Assembly: GCA_041682035.1 (NCBI GenBank)
Contig: JBFKKR010000004.1
Span: forward strand, 1-62,047
Length of the DNA stretch: 62,047 nucleotides
DNA from: Pseudomonadales bacterium
GTDB taxonomy: Bacteria > Pseudomonadota > Gammaproteobacteria > Pseudomonadales > JBFGWM01
Direction: 5' to 3'
In this document: positions 19,920 through 30,704 of the stretch, one piece after another
Layout of the letters: the number at the start of each line of letters is the position of its first letter
Position numbering within the stretch: the stretch's first letter is position 1
The notes under the pieces: generated by a model
What the model was told of the DNA's origin: nothing
What the model saw: the letters and a program-made list of their open reading frames with translations, nothing else
The model's database searches: none
Made by a program: the position numbers and the translations under genes

Positions 19920-21563
19920 TCAGCCGTCCGCCAGGCGGTAACCGGCGAACTGGCTGCGCAGTTCCATCTTCTGGATCTTGCCGGTGGCCGTGTGCGGGAT
20001 CGCTTCGACGAATTCCACCGCGTCGGGGATGCAGAACTTCGCCACCCTGCCTTCGTACAGGCCGAGCAGTTCGGCCGGCGAAACCGCGGCGCCTGCCCGG
20101 CGGACCACGACCAGCAGCGGGCGCTCGTCCCACTTCGGGTGCGGCACGCCGATCACGGCTGCCTCCAGCACGTCCGGGTGACCGACGGCGATGTTCTCCA
20201 GTTCGATCGAACTGATCCATTCGCCGCCGGACTTGATGACATCCTTGGTCCGGTCGGTGATCTGCATGAACCCGTCGGCGTCGATGGTGGCGACGTCGCC
20301 GGTGGAGAACCAGCCATCCGCATCGTGCGCGTCGGATTCCGGACGCTCGTAGTAGGCCGAGCACACCCACGGCCCGCGCACCTTGAGCGCGCCGAACGCC
20401 TTGCCGTCGCGCGGCAGTTCGTTGTCGTCGTCATCGACGATCTTCATTTCAACGCCGAACACGGCGCGGCCCTGTTTGGCTTTCAGGTCCAGCCAGGCGT
20501 CCCCCGACAGATCCTGCTGGTGCGGCAGCGGCTGGTTGACGGTGCCGAGCGGGCTCATCTCGGTCATGCCCCAGGCATGCAGGGTGTCGACCCCGTAACG
20601 GTCGCGGAACGCCTGCATGATGGCCCGCGGGCACGCGGCCCCGCCGACAACCGTGCGGTTGAGGCGGCCGAGATCCTTGCCGCTCGCCTCCAGGTACTGC
20701 AGCAGCGCCAGCCAGACTGTCGGCACGCCCGCCGTCATGGTCACGTTCTCCCCGACGATGAGGCGCTGCAGGGTCTCGCCATCGGCCATCTTCGGTCCCG
20801 GAAACACCAGCGATCCGCCCACCATGGGCACCGAGTAGGGCAGCCCCCAGGCATTCACGTGGAACATCGGCACGACCGGCAGGACGGTGTCGCGCACGGA
20901 GAGGTTGAGCATGTCCGGCAGGCAAGAGGCCATGCTGTGCAGCACCGTCGACCGGTGCGAGTAGACCACGCCCTTCGGGTTGCCGGTGGTGCCGGAGGTG
21001 TAGCACATGGAACTGGGCGCGTGCTCGTCGAGTTCCGGCCACTCGAAGTCCGCATCGCCCTCCGCCAGCAGCGATTCGTAGTTCTGCAGTCCGGCGATGG
21101 CGCTTTCGGGCACCGCCGCACCGGTCAGCAGGAAGATGCCTTCCAGCGTTTTGAGTTCCGGCGCGAGTTTTTCCAGCAGCGGCAGGAACACCGGGTCGGC
21201 CAGCAGCCAGCGGTCCGCGGCGTGGTTGATGATGTACGCCAGTTGTTCGGGGAACAGGCGGGGATTGACCGTGTGCAGCACGCCGCCGGCGCAGGAGACA
21301 CCGTAATAGGCCTCGAAGTGGCGGAAGTCGTTCCAGGCCAGGGTGCCGACCCGGTCGCCGGCCTGCATCCCGCGCCGTACGAGTGCGTCCGCGAGCTGGC
21401 GTGCGCGGGAGAAGGCCTGTGCGTAGGTGGTCTCGTGGCGCGGGTGGTCAGCCGTCACCGAGACGATCCGCCCGCCCGGGTTGTTGCTCTCCGCATGGCG
21501 CAGGATGCTGGTGATGGTCAGCGGGCTGTTCATCATCAGGCTCTGGATCTTCGGGCTGGGCAT
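19920..21563 (-). CDS. Acyl-CoA synthetase (long-chain fatty acid / DmdB-like 3-methylthiopropionyl-CoA ligase)
   Basis: [41 protein letters not shown]. Confidence 0.92.
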   Translation of the reverse strand: MPSPKIQSLMMNSPLTITSILRHAESNNPGGRIVSVTADHPRHETTYAQAFSRARQLADALVRRGMQAGDRVGTLAWNDFRHFEAYYGVSCAGGVLHTVNPRLFPEQLAYIINHAADRWLLADPVFLPLLEKLAPELKTLEGIFLLTGAAVPESAIAGLQNYESLLAEGDADFEWPELDEHAPSSMCYTSGTTGNPKGVVYSHRSTVLHSMASCLPDMLNLSVRDTVLPVVPMFHVNAWGLPYSVPMVGGSLVFPGPKMADGETLQRLIVGENVTMTAGVPTVWLALLQYLEASGKDLGRLNRTVVGGAACPRAIMQAFRDRYGVDTLHAWGMTEMSPLGTVNQPLPHQQDLSGDAWLDLKAKQGRAVFGVEMKIVDDDDNELPRDGKAFGALKVRGPWVCSAYYERPESDAHDADGWFSTGDVATIDADGFMQITDRTKDVIKSGGEWISSIELENIAVGHPDVLEAAVIGVPHPKWDERPLLVVVRRAGAAVSPAELLGLYEGRVAKFCIPDAVEFVEAIPHTATGKIQKMELRSQFAGYRLADG

Positions 21564-21597
21564 GGCGGCGGTCCCTGGCGTGGATGAAGCCCCGATT

Positions 21598-22308
21598 CTA
21601 GCCCCGGCCGCCGGCGCGCGGAAAATTCACGGCCGCGCTGGCGATCGCGAACTGCGCCACCCAGTAGGTGAGCAGGATCGCCTCGCGGGCCCCGGCGAAC
21701 GGGGCCAGGAACTTGTTGACGGCGATCATGCTGTCACTGGCCGCGAACACGATCGCGCCCCATGCGGCGCAGTAGCGCTGCCAGGGCGGAAACGCGGCGG
21801 GCGGACGCACGCACAGCGCACTCCACATCATCAGCGAGATCACCAGCATGTAGACGACCACCGGGATGCGCATCGGGCCGAGACTGTCCCAGAGCAGCGC
21901 CATGAAGACGCCCACGTAGAGCGCGATGGGCAGGTAAGGCTTCCAGGTGCTGGCGTGTTCCAGGGACAGGAACATGGGGATGTAGGCGCAGTGCGCCAGC
22001 AGGAAGAAGCCGAGCCCGACGGCGAACCACGGGATGCCGCTGTCCGCGGCGACGTAGTTTCCCTCCAGCGTGAAATCACCGATGGCGGACAGCAGCAGCC
22101 CGGCGGTGGCGAACAGCCGGGGCCGGCCTGCCGCACGACGCCAGACCCAGATGCCAAGCAGCACCGCCGGGACCCACTTGGTGACGAGTCGCAGTGCGAC
22201 CAGGTCGGTCCACAGGCTGACCAGGCAGAGCAGGGCGGTGACGAGAAATCCGGCCAGAAGCGGCCGGTCGGGGAATTCCCAGGCGGATTGCTGCGTGGCG
22301 GCGGTCAC
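21598..22308 (-). CDS. Lysoplasmalogenase (YhhN family)
   Basis: Multi-TM; LSAIGD, GLGFFLLAH..YI, F..SDS.IA.NKF, LTYWVAQ. Confidence 0.88.
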   Translation of the reverse strand: MTAATQQSAWEFPDRPLLAGFLVTALLCLVSLWTDLVALRLVTKWVPAVLLGIWVWRRAAGRPRLFATAGLLLSAIGDFTLEGNYVAADSGIPWFAVGLGFFLLAHCAYIPMFLSLEHASTWKPYLPIALYVGVFMALLWDSLGPMRIPVVVYMLVISLMMWSALCVRPPAAFPPWQRYCAAWGAIVFAASDSMIAVNKFLAPFAGAREAILLTYWVAQFAIASAAVNFPRAGGRG

Positions 22309-22403
22309 GGCGGGCCGGTGTTCCCTGTTCTCGGACGATCAGCCAACTATAGTCGGCCGCGGCCACGCGGGTGTTGGGGAGTGTACGAGAGACGACCTGC
22401 GAC

Positions 22404-22483
22404 GTTACACAATAAAATGTAACAATAGAAATGAAACAAATGTTGACGGCATCATATTATGAGGTTACATTAAATAGTGTAAC
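22404..22483 (+). promoter_or_regulatory. Two GTTACA-N8-TGTAAC palindromic operators around a sigma70-like promoter
   Basis: Sites at 22404-22423 and 22464-22483, 60 bp apart. -35 TTGACG (22443-22448), 17 bp spacer, -10 TACATT (22466-22471) inside the second site. AT-rich divergent intergenic region. Confidence 0.7.
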
Positions 22484-22574
22484 CCATATGTGGGTAACCA
22501 TGGAGTCCCGCTTCATGGCCGGGCACGGCCCGGCCGGAGGCTGGAGAAACACGGAACCTGACAAGGACATGGCC

Positions 22575-23477
22575 ATGATGATGCCCGTACGCCGCAACAT
22601 GAAATTCTCGCTGCCCGCCGATGCCGCACTCACCACCTGGCACCCGTCCGGGTACCACGTGTCCATGTTCGTCAATACGCTGTCGCTGCTCTTCCCGATC
22701 GGCGAGCGGTTTTTCATCGATGCCGTGCGGGCGCATCGGGCGCAGGTCACGGATGCCGGACTGCAGGAGGCGATCAGCGCCTTCATCGGGCAGGAGGCCA
22801 TGCACGGCCGGGAGCACCAGGAACTCAATGACCTGCTCAAGGCGCAGGGTTACCCGGTGCGGGAGATCGAGGATTTCACGTACCGCCTGCTGAAGCGGGT
22901 GGAGAAAGGACGGTTCGGCAGCGCCGGTTTCCGCAAGGCGGCGCCCCTGAACAGCACCATCGCGCTGGAACATTTCACCGCGATTCTTGCCGACGCAGCA
23001 CTCCGTCATCCCGATGTGCTCGACGGGGCCCAGCCGGAAGTGCGCGCCATGCTGCGCTGGCACGCCATGGAGGAAACCGAGCACAAGGCGGTGGCCTTCG
23101 ATGTCTGGAAGGCGGTGCACGCCGGCTCGCCGCGCGAATACCGCTACCGCGTGCTCGGCCAGGTGGCGGCGACCGTGACGCTGTTCGGCGTCCTCGCATG
23201 GGCCTACCCGAAGATGCTGCGCGCCAACCGGCAGCGCCGGGATCACCTCCGCGGTGGCCTGCAACTGGCCAACTTCCTGTTTGGCCGGCCGGGCATCTTC
23301 CGTCGCGTGCTGCCGGACTACCTCGACTACTTCCGCCAGGACTTCCATCCATGGGATCACGACAACCGCGAATTCCTGGTGGAAATGGGGGAACTGGAAG
23401 CGGACCACCTGCTGGAGGCGCCGCCGCCACGGGTCAGGACGTCGGCCGAGGCCGCCGCGGTGGCTGCCGCCCACTGA
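22575..23477 (+). CDS. Predicted metal-dependent hydrolase (ferritin-like di-metal motifs)
   Basis: FPIGERFF, FIGQEAMHGREH, LEHFTA, WHAMEETEHK, FHPW. Start placed after the AAGGA RBS rather than at 22431. Confidence 0.88.
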   Translation: MMMPVRRNMKFSLPADAALTTWHPSGYHVSMFVNTLSLLFPIGERFFIDAVRAHRAQVTDAGLQEAISAFIGQEAMHGREHQELNDLLKAQGYPVREIEDFTYRLLKRVEKGRFGSAGFRKAAPLNSTIALEHFTAILADAALRHPDVLDGAQPEVRAMLRWHAMEETEHKAVAFDVWKAVHAGSPREYRYRVLGQVAATVTLFGVLAWAYPKMLRANRQRRDHLRGGLQLANFLFGRPGIFRRVLPDYLDYFRQDFHPWDHDNREFLVEMGELEADHLLEAPPPRVRTSAEAAAVAAAH

Positions 23478-23511
23478 TGCCCACTGGTTGACGGGGGGAG
23501 GATTCCCTAAG

Positions 23512-24408
23512 ATGAGCGCAACCGCCCGGGACAGGTTCTTTGACTTGAAGGATGCGCCCCCGTCCTCCGTAACCCGTTCCGCAAACGCGGATTCCCGGGC
23601 GTCGGAGTACACCATCGATGAACTGGCGCGTGCGTCCGGGCTGACCGTGCGCAACGTGCGCGCCTACCAGGACAAGGGCCTGATCGCGCCACCGGAGCGG
23701 CGTGGCCGCACCGGCTATTACACCGACGCCCATCTCTCCAAGCTGCGCGTGATCCAGCGCCTGTCCGAGCGCGGCTACACGCTGTCCAGCATCGACGAGA
23801 TGTTGCAGAGCTGGGAGCAGGGCAATGATCTTGGTTCGTTGCTGGGCATCGAGGAGGCCATCTCCAGCCCCTGGTCGGACGAGTTGCCCGATTATGTCGA
23901 CCTGGCCGACCTGACGCGGCGCTTCCGGGGTGCATTCAATCCCGCGGTCACCAGGCGCGCCCTGAAACTGGGCGTGTTGCAGCGCGAGGGCGCCCGTTTC
24001 CGCGTGCCGAGCCCGCGCCTGCTGGCGGCCGGTGAGCAGCTGGTGGCGGAGGGCCTGCCGCTGGACCGGATGCTCGATGTGCTGGAGGGCCTGCGGCGGA
24101 ACGTGGAGGAAGTCGCGGAATCCATGGTGACGCTGTTCAAGGAACATGTCCTGACCACGCATCAACCGGGCGAGCTTCCCGATGCGGAGACGCTGCAGGG
24201 CCTGGCCGAGCAGATCTGGCGCCTGCGCCCGATCGTCGAGCAGGCGGTGCAGCCGGAGGTTGCGCGCGCCATGGAGAAGGCGGCGGACCGTCACTTCGGT
24301 GACGTGATCGCGCAGCACCTGGAGCAACTGCGGGACAGGGGCGTGGTCGTCCAGTACCCGGCCTACCTGGGCACACGCCCGTCCGAAGATTCCGGCACGA
24401 AAGACTGA
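23512..24408 (+). CDS. MerR-family transcriptional regulator
   Basis: EYTIDELARASGLTVRNVRAYQDKGLI helix-turn-helix; GGAGGA RBS before the ATG at 23512. Confidence 0.88.
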   Translation: MSATARDRFFDLKDAPPSSVTRSANADSRASEYTIDELARASGLTVRNVRAYQDKGLIAPPERRGRTGYYTDAHLSKLRVIQRLSERGYTLSSIDEMLQSWEQGNDLGSLLGIEEAISSPWSDELPDYVDLADLTRRFRGAFNPAVTRRALKLGVLQREGARFRVPSPRLLAAGEQLVAEGLPLDRMLDVLEGLRRNVEEVAESMVTLFKEHVLTTHQPGELPDAETLQGLAEQIWRLRPIVEQAVQPEVARAMEKAADRHFGDVIAQHLEQLRDRGVVVQYPAYLGTRPSEDSGTKD

Positions 24409-24459
24409 CCGGCAGATTCTTTCACCGCGGGCGTTTCACCCGCGAAGGAGCACATTGCG

Positions 24460-25299
24460 ATGAAATCATTCGAAGACAAGGTGGCGGCCATCACCGGCGC
24501 CGGTTCCGGTATCGGCCGCTCGCTGGCGCTGAAACTCGCGAAGCAGGGTTGTGCGGTCGCGCTCAGCGACGTCAACGAGGCCGGCCTGGCGGAGACCGCC
24601 AGCCTGGTGGCGTCCGCCAGTACCGTCCGGGTCACCACACAGCGGGTGGACGTGGCGCAACGCGCCGAGGTGGAAGCCTGGGCGCAGCAGGTGGTCGCCG
24701 ACCACGGCCGGGTCAACCTGGTGTTCAACAACGCCGGCGTGGCCCTGGGTGCGACCATCGAGGGGGTCAGCTACGAGGACTTCGAGTGGATCATGGGCAT
24801 CAACTTCTGGGGCGTGGTGTACGGCACCAAGGCTTTCCTGCCGCACCTGGAGGCCTCCGGCGATGGCCACGTGGTGAACATCTCAAGCGTTTTCGGCCTG
24901 TTCAGCCAGCCCAGCCAGGGCACCTACAACGCGTCCAAGTTCGCCGTGCGGGGGTTCACCGAGGCGCTGCGCCAGGAACTGGAATTCAAAGGGTCGCCGG
25001 TCAGCGCCACCTGCGTGCATCCCGGCGGGATCAAGACCAACATCGCGCGGGACGCCCGCTTCTGCGACAGCATGAAGACGGTGATCGCGAAGGAAGAGAG
25101 CCATGGCAAGGCCATGATGGAGAAACTCTTCATCACCAGCGCCGAAAAGGCGGCCGACGAGATCCTGCGTGCCGTGCGCAGGGACCGCCGGCGGGTGCTG
25201 GTCGGCCCCGACGCCAAGGTCATCGACGCCTTCGTGCGCCTGATGCCCACCGGCTACCAGCGCGTGGTCACCGGCATGATGAAGCTGGGTGCGCGGTAG
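24460..25299 (+). CDS. SDR-family oxidoreductase
   Basis: ITGAGSGIG, NNAG, YNASK. Confidence 0.93.
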   Translation: MKSFEDKVAAITGAGSGIGRSLALKLAKQGCAVALSDVNEAGLAETASLVASASTVRVTTQRVDVAQRAEVEAWAQQVVADHGRVNLVFNNAGVALGATIEGVSYEDFEWIMGINFWGVVYGTKAFLPHLEASGDGHVVNISSVFGLFSQPSQGTYNASKFAVRGFTEALRQELEFKGSPVSATCVHPGGIKTNIARDARFCDSMKTVIAKEESHGKAMMEKLFITSAEKAADEILRAVRRDRRRVLVGPDAKVIDAFVRLMPTGYQRVVTGMMKLGAR

Positions 25300-25310
25300 C
25301 GGGGGTGGCT

Positions 25311-25333
25311 TGTAAGGCTGAAGCCTTACCTAC
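25311..25333 (-). repeat. GTAG-type REP element
   Basis: Reverse complement reads GTAG-GTAAGGCT-TC-AGCCTTAC-A, the same family as 14507-14578 with compensatory stem changes. Confidence 0.8.
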
Positions 25334-25450
25334 AACAGGTTAACTGGGCAGGAACCGCCCTGCCTGAAACGTCCCCCCGGCACGAGCCCATGAAGGGTAA
25401 CCGGTAAAGGTTTCTGCCCCCGGCAATTTTCTTTTCGGTATCCTACGCGC

Positions 25451-27343
25451 ATGAGCCTGGTGCGTTTCGATGAAGTGTCGCTGGAATTCGGGGATCAGCC
25501 GATTCTCCGGCGGGCGGACTTTGCCATCGAGGAAGGCGAGCGGGTCTGCCTGATCGGCCGCAACGGCGCCGGCAAGTCGTCGACGCTGAAGCTGATTGCC
25601 GGGGACATCCAGCCCGACGGCGGGGAGGTTTTCCTGCGCGGCGGGATCGGCATCAGCCAGCTGGCGCAGACCCTGCCGACCGAGTTCGAGGAAACCGTGC
25701 ACGATGTCGTGGGTCAGGGCCTGCAGCACGTGCGCGAACTGCGCCGGCGCTACGAGCAGCTCAGCCACGCGGCGCACGACGCCGCCACCCTGCGTGAAAT
25801 GGAAACCCTGCAGGCGGAGATCGACGCGCGCCGGGGTTGGCACCTGGAACAGCGCATCGAAACCGTGCTGAGCGATCTCGGCCTGCCCGCCGCGGTGCCG
25901 CTGAAGAACCTGTCGGGCGGCTGGCGCCGGCGCGTGGCGCTGGCGCGTGCGCTGGTCAGCAATCCGGATCTCCTGCTGCTCGACGAGCCCACCAACCATC
26001 TCGACTTCTCGACCATCGAGTGGCTCGAGCACCGCGTGCGCGGCTGGCCCGGCGCGGTGCTGTTCATCAGTCACGACCGGACCTTCATCGACCGCCTGGC
26101 GACGCGCATCGTCGAGGTGGACCGCGGCAAGCTGGTGAGCTGGCCGGGCAATTACGGGGACTTTTTGCGCCGGCAGGAGAAGGCAATCGCCGACGAGGCG
26201 CGCGAGAACGCGCAGTTCGACAAGAAGCTGGCCGAGGAGGAAACCTGGATCAGGCAGGGGATCAAGGCGCGCCGGACCCGCAACGAGGGCCGCGTGCGCG
26301 CGCTGAAGGCCATGCGCGAGGAGCGTGCGCAACGCATCAAGCGGCCGGGCAGGGCGCGCATCCACATCGAGGACGCCGACCGCTCCGGCCGCAAGGTGAT
26401 CACGGCGAAGAACATCTCCCTCTCGTTCGGCGACAAGCAGGTCATTCCCACGATGTCGCTGAAGATCCTGCGCGGGGACCGCATCGGGCTGGTCGGCAAC
26501 AACGGGGTTGGCAAGAGCACCCTGCTGCGCATCCTGCTCGGCGAACTGGCGCCGGACACCGGCTTCGTGAAGCACGGCACCAACCTCGAGATCGGCTATT
26601 TCGACCAGTTCCGGCAGGAACTCGACCCCGAACGCACGGTGGCGCAGAACATCAACGACGGCAGCGAATTCGTCAGCATCAACGGCAAGCCACGCCACGT
26701 GATCGGTTACCTGACCGGTTTCCTGTTCAGCCCCAAGCGCGCCATGACGCCGGTGAAGGCGCTGTCCGGCGGCGAGCGCAACCGGGTCATCCTGGCGCGC
26801 CTGTTCGCCCAGCCGTCCAACCTGCTGGTGCTGGACGAGCCCACCAATGACCTCGATGTCGAGACCCTGGAGGTGCTCGAGGAGCAACTGGTCGAGTACC
26901 CCGGCACCCTCATCGTCGTCAGCCACGACCGCGCGTTTCTCGACAACGTCATCACCAGCACGCTGGTGTTCGAGGCCGACGGCGGTATCCAGGAATACGT
27001 CGGCGGGTATTCCGACTGGGCGCGGCGTGGCCGCGGGCTGGCGGCGGTGGACGAGGAGGACTCCCAGCGCGCGGGTGGCGGGGAGGGTGGCCGGGAGCAA
27101 CGGCAGGCCGCCGCGCGCAAGCTCAATTACCGCGAGCAGCAGGAGCTCGCCGCGCTCCCCAAACGGATCTCCGCGCTGGAGACATCCATCCACGAACTGC
27201 AGGCCGCCAGCGCCGAGCCGGCGTTCTACGAACTGCCGCACGAAGAGGTGCAGGAGAAGCTGCAAAAACTCGCCGACTGGCAGGCGGAACTCGACGCCGC
27301 CACCGAACGCTGGCTGGAGCTGGAGGAGATCGAGGGACGCTGA
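25451..27343 (+). CDS. uup: ABC-F family ATP-binding protein Uup
   Basis: Two ABC domains (GRNGAGKS, LSGG, DEPTN twice); linker EEETWIRQGIKARRTRNEGRVRAL; C-terminal coiled coil. Confidence 0.9.
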   Translation: MSLVRFDEVSLEFGDQPILRRADFAIEEGERVCLIGRNGAGKSSTLKLIAGDIQPDGGEVFLRGGIGISQLAQTLPTEFEETVHDVVGQGLQHVRELRRRYEQLSHAAHDAATLREMETLQAEIDARRGWHLEQRIETVLSDLGLPAAVPLKNLSGGWRRRVALARALVSNPDLLLLDEPTNHLDFSTIEWLEHRVRGWPGAVLFISHDRTFIDRLATRIVEVDRGKLVSWPGNYGDFLRRQEKAIADEARENAQFDKKLAEEETWIRQGIKARRTRNEGRVRALKAMREERAQRIKRPGRARIHIEDADRSGRKVITAKNISLSFGDKQVIPTMSLKILRGDRIGLVGNNGVGKSTLLRILLGELAPDTGFVKHGTNLEIGYFDQFRQELDPERTVAQNINDGSEFVSINGKPRHVIGYLTGFLFSPKRAMTPVKALSGGERNRVILARLFAQPSNLLVLDEPTNDLDVETLEVLEEQLVEYPGTLIVVSHDRAFLDNVITSTLVFEADGGIQEYVGGYSDWARRGRGLAAVDEEDSQRAGGGEGGREQRQAAARKLNYREQQELAALPKRISALETSIHELQAASAEPAFYELPHEEVQEKLQKLADWQAELDAATERWLELEEIEGR

Positions 27344-27412
27344 CGACGCGGCGGGAACTTTTCCGCCAGCGGTGAAACTAACGCGACAGGTTCACAATAC
27401 ATGGAGGCTGTC

Positions 27413-28843
27413 GTGAAACCATCGGTCCTGGGAAACGCGTTTTTCGGTGCCTGGCTCCTGCTGGCGCTGCTGGCGAGCCGGACGGCGCTTGCTCACGAAT
27501 TGCCCGCCTTCCGCGACATCGTGCGTGACAACGCCGCCGCCGTGGTGCACATCAGCGTCGAATCCCGTGGTTCGCAGGCGCCCGCGGCCTGGCAGCAGGG
27601 TCAACCCGGCGCACCCGACATGCCCGGCCTGCCGGACCTGTTCAAACGCTTCGGGCTGCCCTTCGACCTCCCCGGGCAGCCGCAGGCGCGGCCGCAGCGC
27701 GGCATGGGATCGGGCTTCGTCATTTCCGCCGACGGGCGCATCCTCACCAACGCGCACGTGGTCAAGGGTGCGGATGAAATCCTGGTCAAGTTCGTGGACC
27801 GCCGCGAACTGCCTGCCAAACTCATCGGCATCGACGAGCGCGCCGATATTGCGATCCTGCAGGTGGAAGCCGAGGGTCTGAAGACCGTCCGGCTCGGGGA
27901 CCCTGCCAGTTTGCAGGTGGGTGACTGGGTGCTGGCCATCGGTTCCCCTTTCGGACTTGACCACACCGCCACGCAGGGCATCGTCAGTGCGCTGGGGCGC
28001 AACCTGCCGGATGACACCTACGTGCCTTTCATCCAGACCGACGTCGCGGTGAATCCCGGAAACTCCGGCGGGCCGCTGTTCAACACGCAGGGTGAAGTGG
28101 TCGGGATCAACTCGCAGATCTTCAGCCGCAGCGGCGGCTACATGGGCCTGTCCTTCGCCATTCCCATCGACACGGCGATCCGGGTCGCGACCCAACTGGA
28201 GGAGAAAGGCTACGTCACGCGCGGCTGGCTCGGCGTCACCATCCAGCCGCTGGCGAAGGGGCTCGCGGAAGCGTTCGGCATGGACAAGCCCAGCGGTGCG
28301 CTGGTGGCCGCGGTCACGCCGGACGGACCTGCCGCGGCGGCGGACATCCGCTCGGGCGATATCATCGTGCGGTTCGACGGCAAGCCGGTGGAGACTTCCG
28401 CGCAACTGCCGCCGCTGGTCGGCGACACGCCCGCGGGGTCCCGCGTGCCGGTGGAGGTGTTGCGCGACGGCAAGCGCGTGCGCCTGCAGGTGAAGGTCGG
28501 CGAACTGCAGGAGGACCGCGTGGCACAGGCGAGCCCGGCGGAACCGCCCACCGAGGAGAAACTCGGCATGCGCGTGGCGCCCGTGACCGGGCAGCCGTCT
28601 GAAGACGGCGAGGCGCGCGGCGTGCGTGTCATCGCGGTCGGGCCGGGACCGGCCGCCGGCGCCGGCCTGCGGCCGGGTGACATCCTGGTGGAACTCAACG
28701 GCGCCCGCCTGGACAGCGTCGAGGATTTCAGGCGCGCGGCCGCCGGCCTGGAGCCGGGTTCCTTCGCACGCGTGCTGGTCCGCCGCGAACAGGGACGGAT
28801 GTTCATCGCCATCCGTGTCCCGGAGGGCAGTGGCATCGGCTGA
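27413..28843 (+). CDS. DegQ/MucD-family periplasmic serine endoprotease with two PDZ domains
   Basis: GSGFVIS, LTNAHVV, IQTDVAVNPGNSGGPL; GGAGG RBS before the GTG at 27413. Confidence 0.93.
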   Translation: MKPSVLGNAFFGAWLLLALLASRTALAHELPAFRDIVRDNAAAVVHISVESRGSQAPAAWQQGQPGAPDMPGLPDLFKRFGLPFDLPGQPQARPQRGMGSGFVISADGRILTNAHVVKGADEILVKFVDRRELPAKLIGIDERADIAILQVEAEGLKTVRLGDPASLQVGDWVLAIGSPFGLDHTATQGIVSALGRNLPDDTYVPFIQTDVAVNPGNSGGPLFNTQGEVVGINSQIFSRSGGYMGLSFAIPIDTAIRVATQLEEKGYVTRGWLGVTIQPLAKGLAEAFGMDKPSGALVAAVTPDGPAAAADIRSGDIIVRFDGKPVETSAQLPPLVGDTPAGSRVPVEVLRDGKRVRLQVKVGELQEDRVAQASPAEPPTEEKLGMRVAPVTGQPSEDGEARGVRVIAVGPGPAAGAGLRPGDILVELNGARLDSVEDFRRAAAGLEPGSFARVLVRREQGRMFIAIRVPEGSGIG

Positions 28844-28904
28844 GGCGCTGCATCGCAGCGGGCGACGCGCGCCGCCCGTGACGGCGCGTGGTGGGCCGGG
28901 GCGA

Positions 28905-29690
28905 CTAGTGGTCCACCATGTCGCGGATCAGCTTCCCGGCCACCGCCGAGTACACTCGCCTCGGGAACAGGCGTGAGAGCATCGTCGTGAACCAGTTGTG
29001 CCAGCCGGCGATGTAGACGCGGCGCCGCCCGAGGCGGTCGAGCGCGCCGCGCACCACCGGACCGCTTTCCATCACCAGCAGGTTCGCCATGATCCCCTGG
29101 TAATCGGCGAACTCCGTGCGCGTCGTGCCGGGGCAGAGCGCGAGCACGTCGATGTTGTACTTCTTCAGTTCCGCCGAAAGCGCTTCGGACAGGAGCAGGT
29201 CGTAGGATTTCGACGCCGCGTAGGTGGCCCAGAACGGTATCGCGGAGAATCCCGCGATCGAGGCCGAGAAGATGATGCCGCCGCGCCGCCGTTCGCGCAT
29301 GCCCTGGCCGAAGTGGTGTGCCAGCAGCGTGGCGGCGCGGCAGTTCACGTTGACCAGCCGGGCCTCCGCCGCCAGCTCGTTGTCGAGGAATTCGCCGCTG
29401 TTGGTGAAGCCGGCGTTGTTGACCAGCAGGCCCACCTCGAGATCCTGCGTCGCCGCCACCAGCGCCGGCAGGAAATCCTCGCTGTCGAGGTCGGCGCCGA
29501 CGGCGCGGAAATCCACCCCGTGCGCTTCGGCGAGTTCCCTGCCGAGCGCCTCCAGGCGGTCGACCCGCCGCGCCACCAGCACGAGGTTGAGGCCGCGCGC
29601 CGCGAGCTGCCGGGCGAAGGATTCGCCGAGCCCCGCGGATGCGCCGGTGACCAGCGCCCAGGGTCCGTATTTCTGTCTGAAGTCGGTCAT
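28905..29690 (-). CDS. SDR-family oxidoreductase
   Basis: KYGPWALVTGASAGLG, NNAG, YAASK; start taken at MTDFRQK. Confidence 0.9.
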   Translation of the reverse strand: MTDFRQKYGPWALVTGASAGLGESFARQLAARGLNLVLVARRVDRLEALGRELAEAHGVDFRAVGADLDSEDFLPALVAATQDLEVGLLVNNAGFTNSGEFLDNELAAEARLVNVNCRAATLLAHHFGQGMRERRRGGIIFSASIAGFSAIPFWATYAASKSYDLLLSEALSAELKKYNIDVLALCPGTTRTEFADYQGIMANLLVMESGPVVRGALDRLGRRRVYIAGWHNWFTTMLSRLFPRRVYSAVAGKLIRDMVDH

Positions 29691-29820
29691 GGAGGAATGC
29701 CTCGTGTGTATCGGGGTACCACCCAGCAAAGACCAGTCGTCCACTTCCTGCAAACCGACCCCACGGCCGCCATGCCGGGGACTAGAATGTCCGGCAGATG
29801 CACAAGGAATTGCCGGGCGC

Positions 29821-30564
29821 ATGCTCAAAATCCTGATGATCGACGACGACCGCGAGGAGCTGATGCTCGTCCGCGAGATGATCGACGCTGCCGGCGGCGA
29901 CATCGTGCACGTGGAGTGGGTCGCCAGCACGGCGCAGGCGCTGGCCATGCTGAGCATCGACGAATTCGGGTTGTTCCTCGTCGATTGCGATCTCGGCGGG
30001 GAGTCCGGCGCCGATTTCATCCAGCGCGCCCGGGATGCGGGGATCGACACGCCGGCCATCATCTATACCGGTTCGCGACGCGAGGACCTCGACGAACAAT
30101 CCCTCCGCTGGATCGAACAGGGCGTCGGGTACATCCACAAGAGCAGCGTGCAGCCGGACCAGCTGCTGGCCGAATTGCGCCGCCACGCCCTGCACACGGT
30201 CAAGGTGCTGGAGGTCTTTATGGGCGGCGCCACCGGCGCCGGCATCCCGGACCGGGTCGGCCGGTTCGCTTTGCACCGGAAAGTGTGTCACGGGCTGGAT
30301 GAGGCACGCTCCGCCGCGGAGGACTCCTTCTGGGACATGGTTGCCTGTCACCTGACGGGTCTCGACCGCGACAGCTGCCATGACGTGTTACGGCTGCGCG
30401 CGGGTTACGGCCTCAGCCCGATCCTGCTGATCTGCCCGGGCGATGGCGACCGGTTCCCCGTCGAACTGGAGCCGATGCGGCGTGCCGGCGAACTGCAGGT
30501 ACTGTTCGAAGCGCAACCCGGCGCAGACGACCTGGTCCGCGCCATCGCCCAGTTGATCCATTGA
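29821..30564 (+). CDS. Response regulator (receiver plus degenerate receiver-like domain)
   Basis: MLKILMIDDD...FLVDCDL...IYTG...GYIHK. Confidence 0.78.
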   Translation: MLKILMIDDDREELMLVREMIDAAGGDIVHVEWVASTAQALAMLSIDEFGLFLVDCDLGGESGADFIQRARDAGIDTPAIIYTGSRREDLDEQSLRWIEQGVGYIHKSSVQPDQLLAELRRHALHTVKVLEVFMGGATGAGIPDRVGRFALHRKVCHGLDEARSAAEDSFWDMVACHLTGLDRDSCHDVLRLRAGYGLSPILLICPGDGDRFPVELEPMRRAGELQVLFEAQPGADDLVRAIAQLIH

Positions 30565-30704
30565 GCCCGCCCGCCGCTGCCCGTTTCCATGCATCCGGGG
30601 GATTGCCGTTTTCTAACCTTGTGAACCGGCTTGACTGTTGGCGAGGCCGGTTACATTCTGTGTGCCGAAATGGAATTTCCGCCCCCCAAACGCCTGTCAA
30701 AGCC

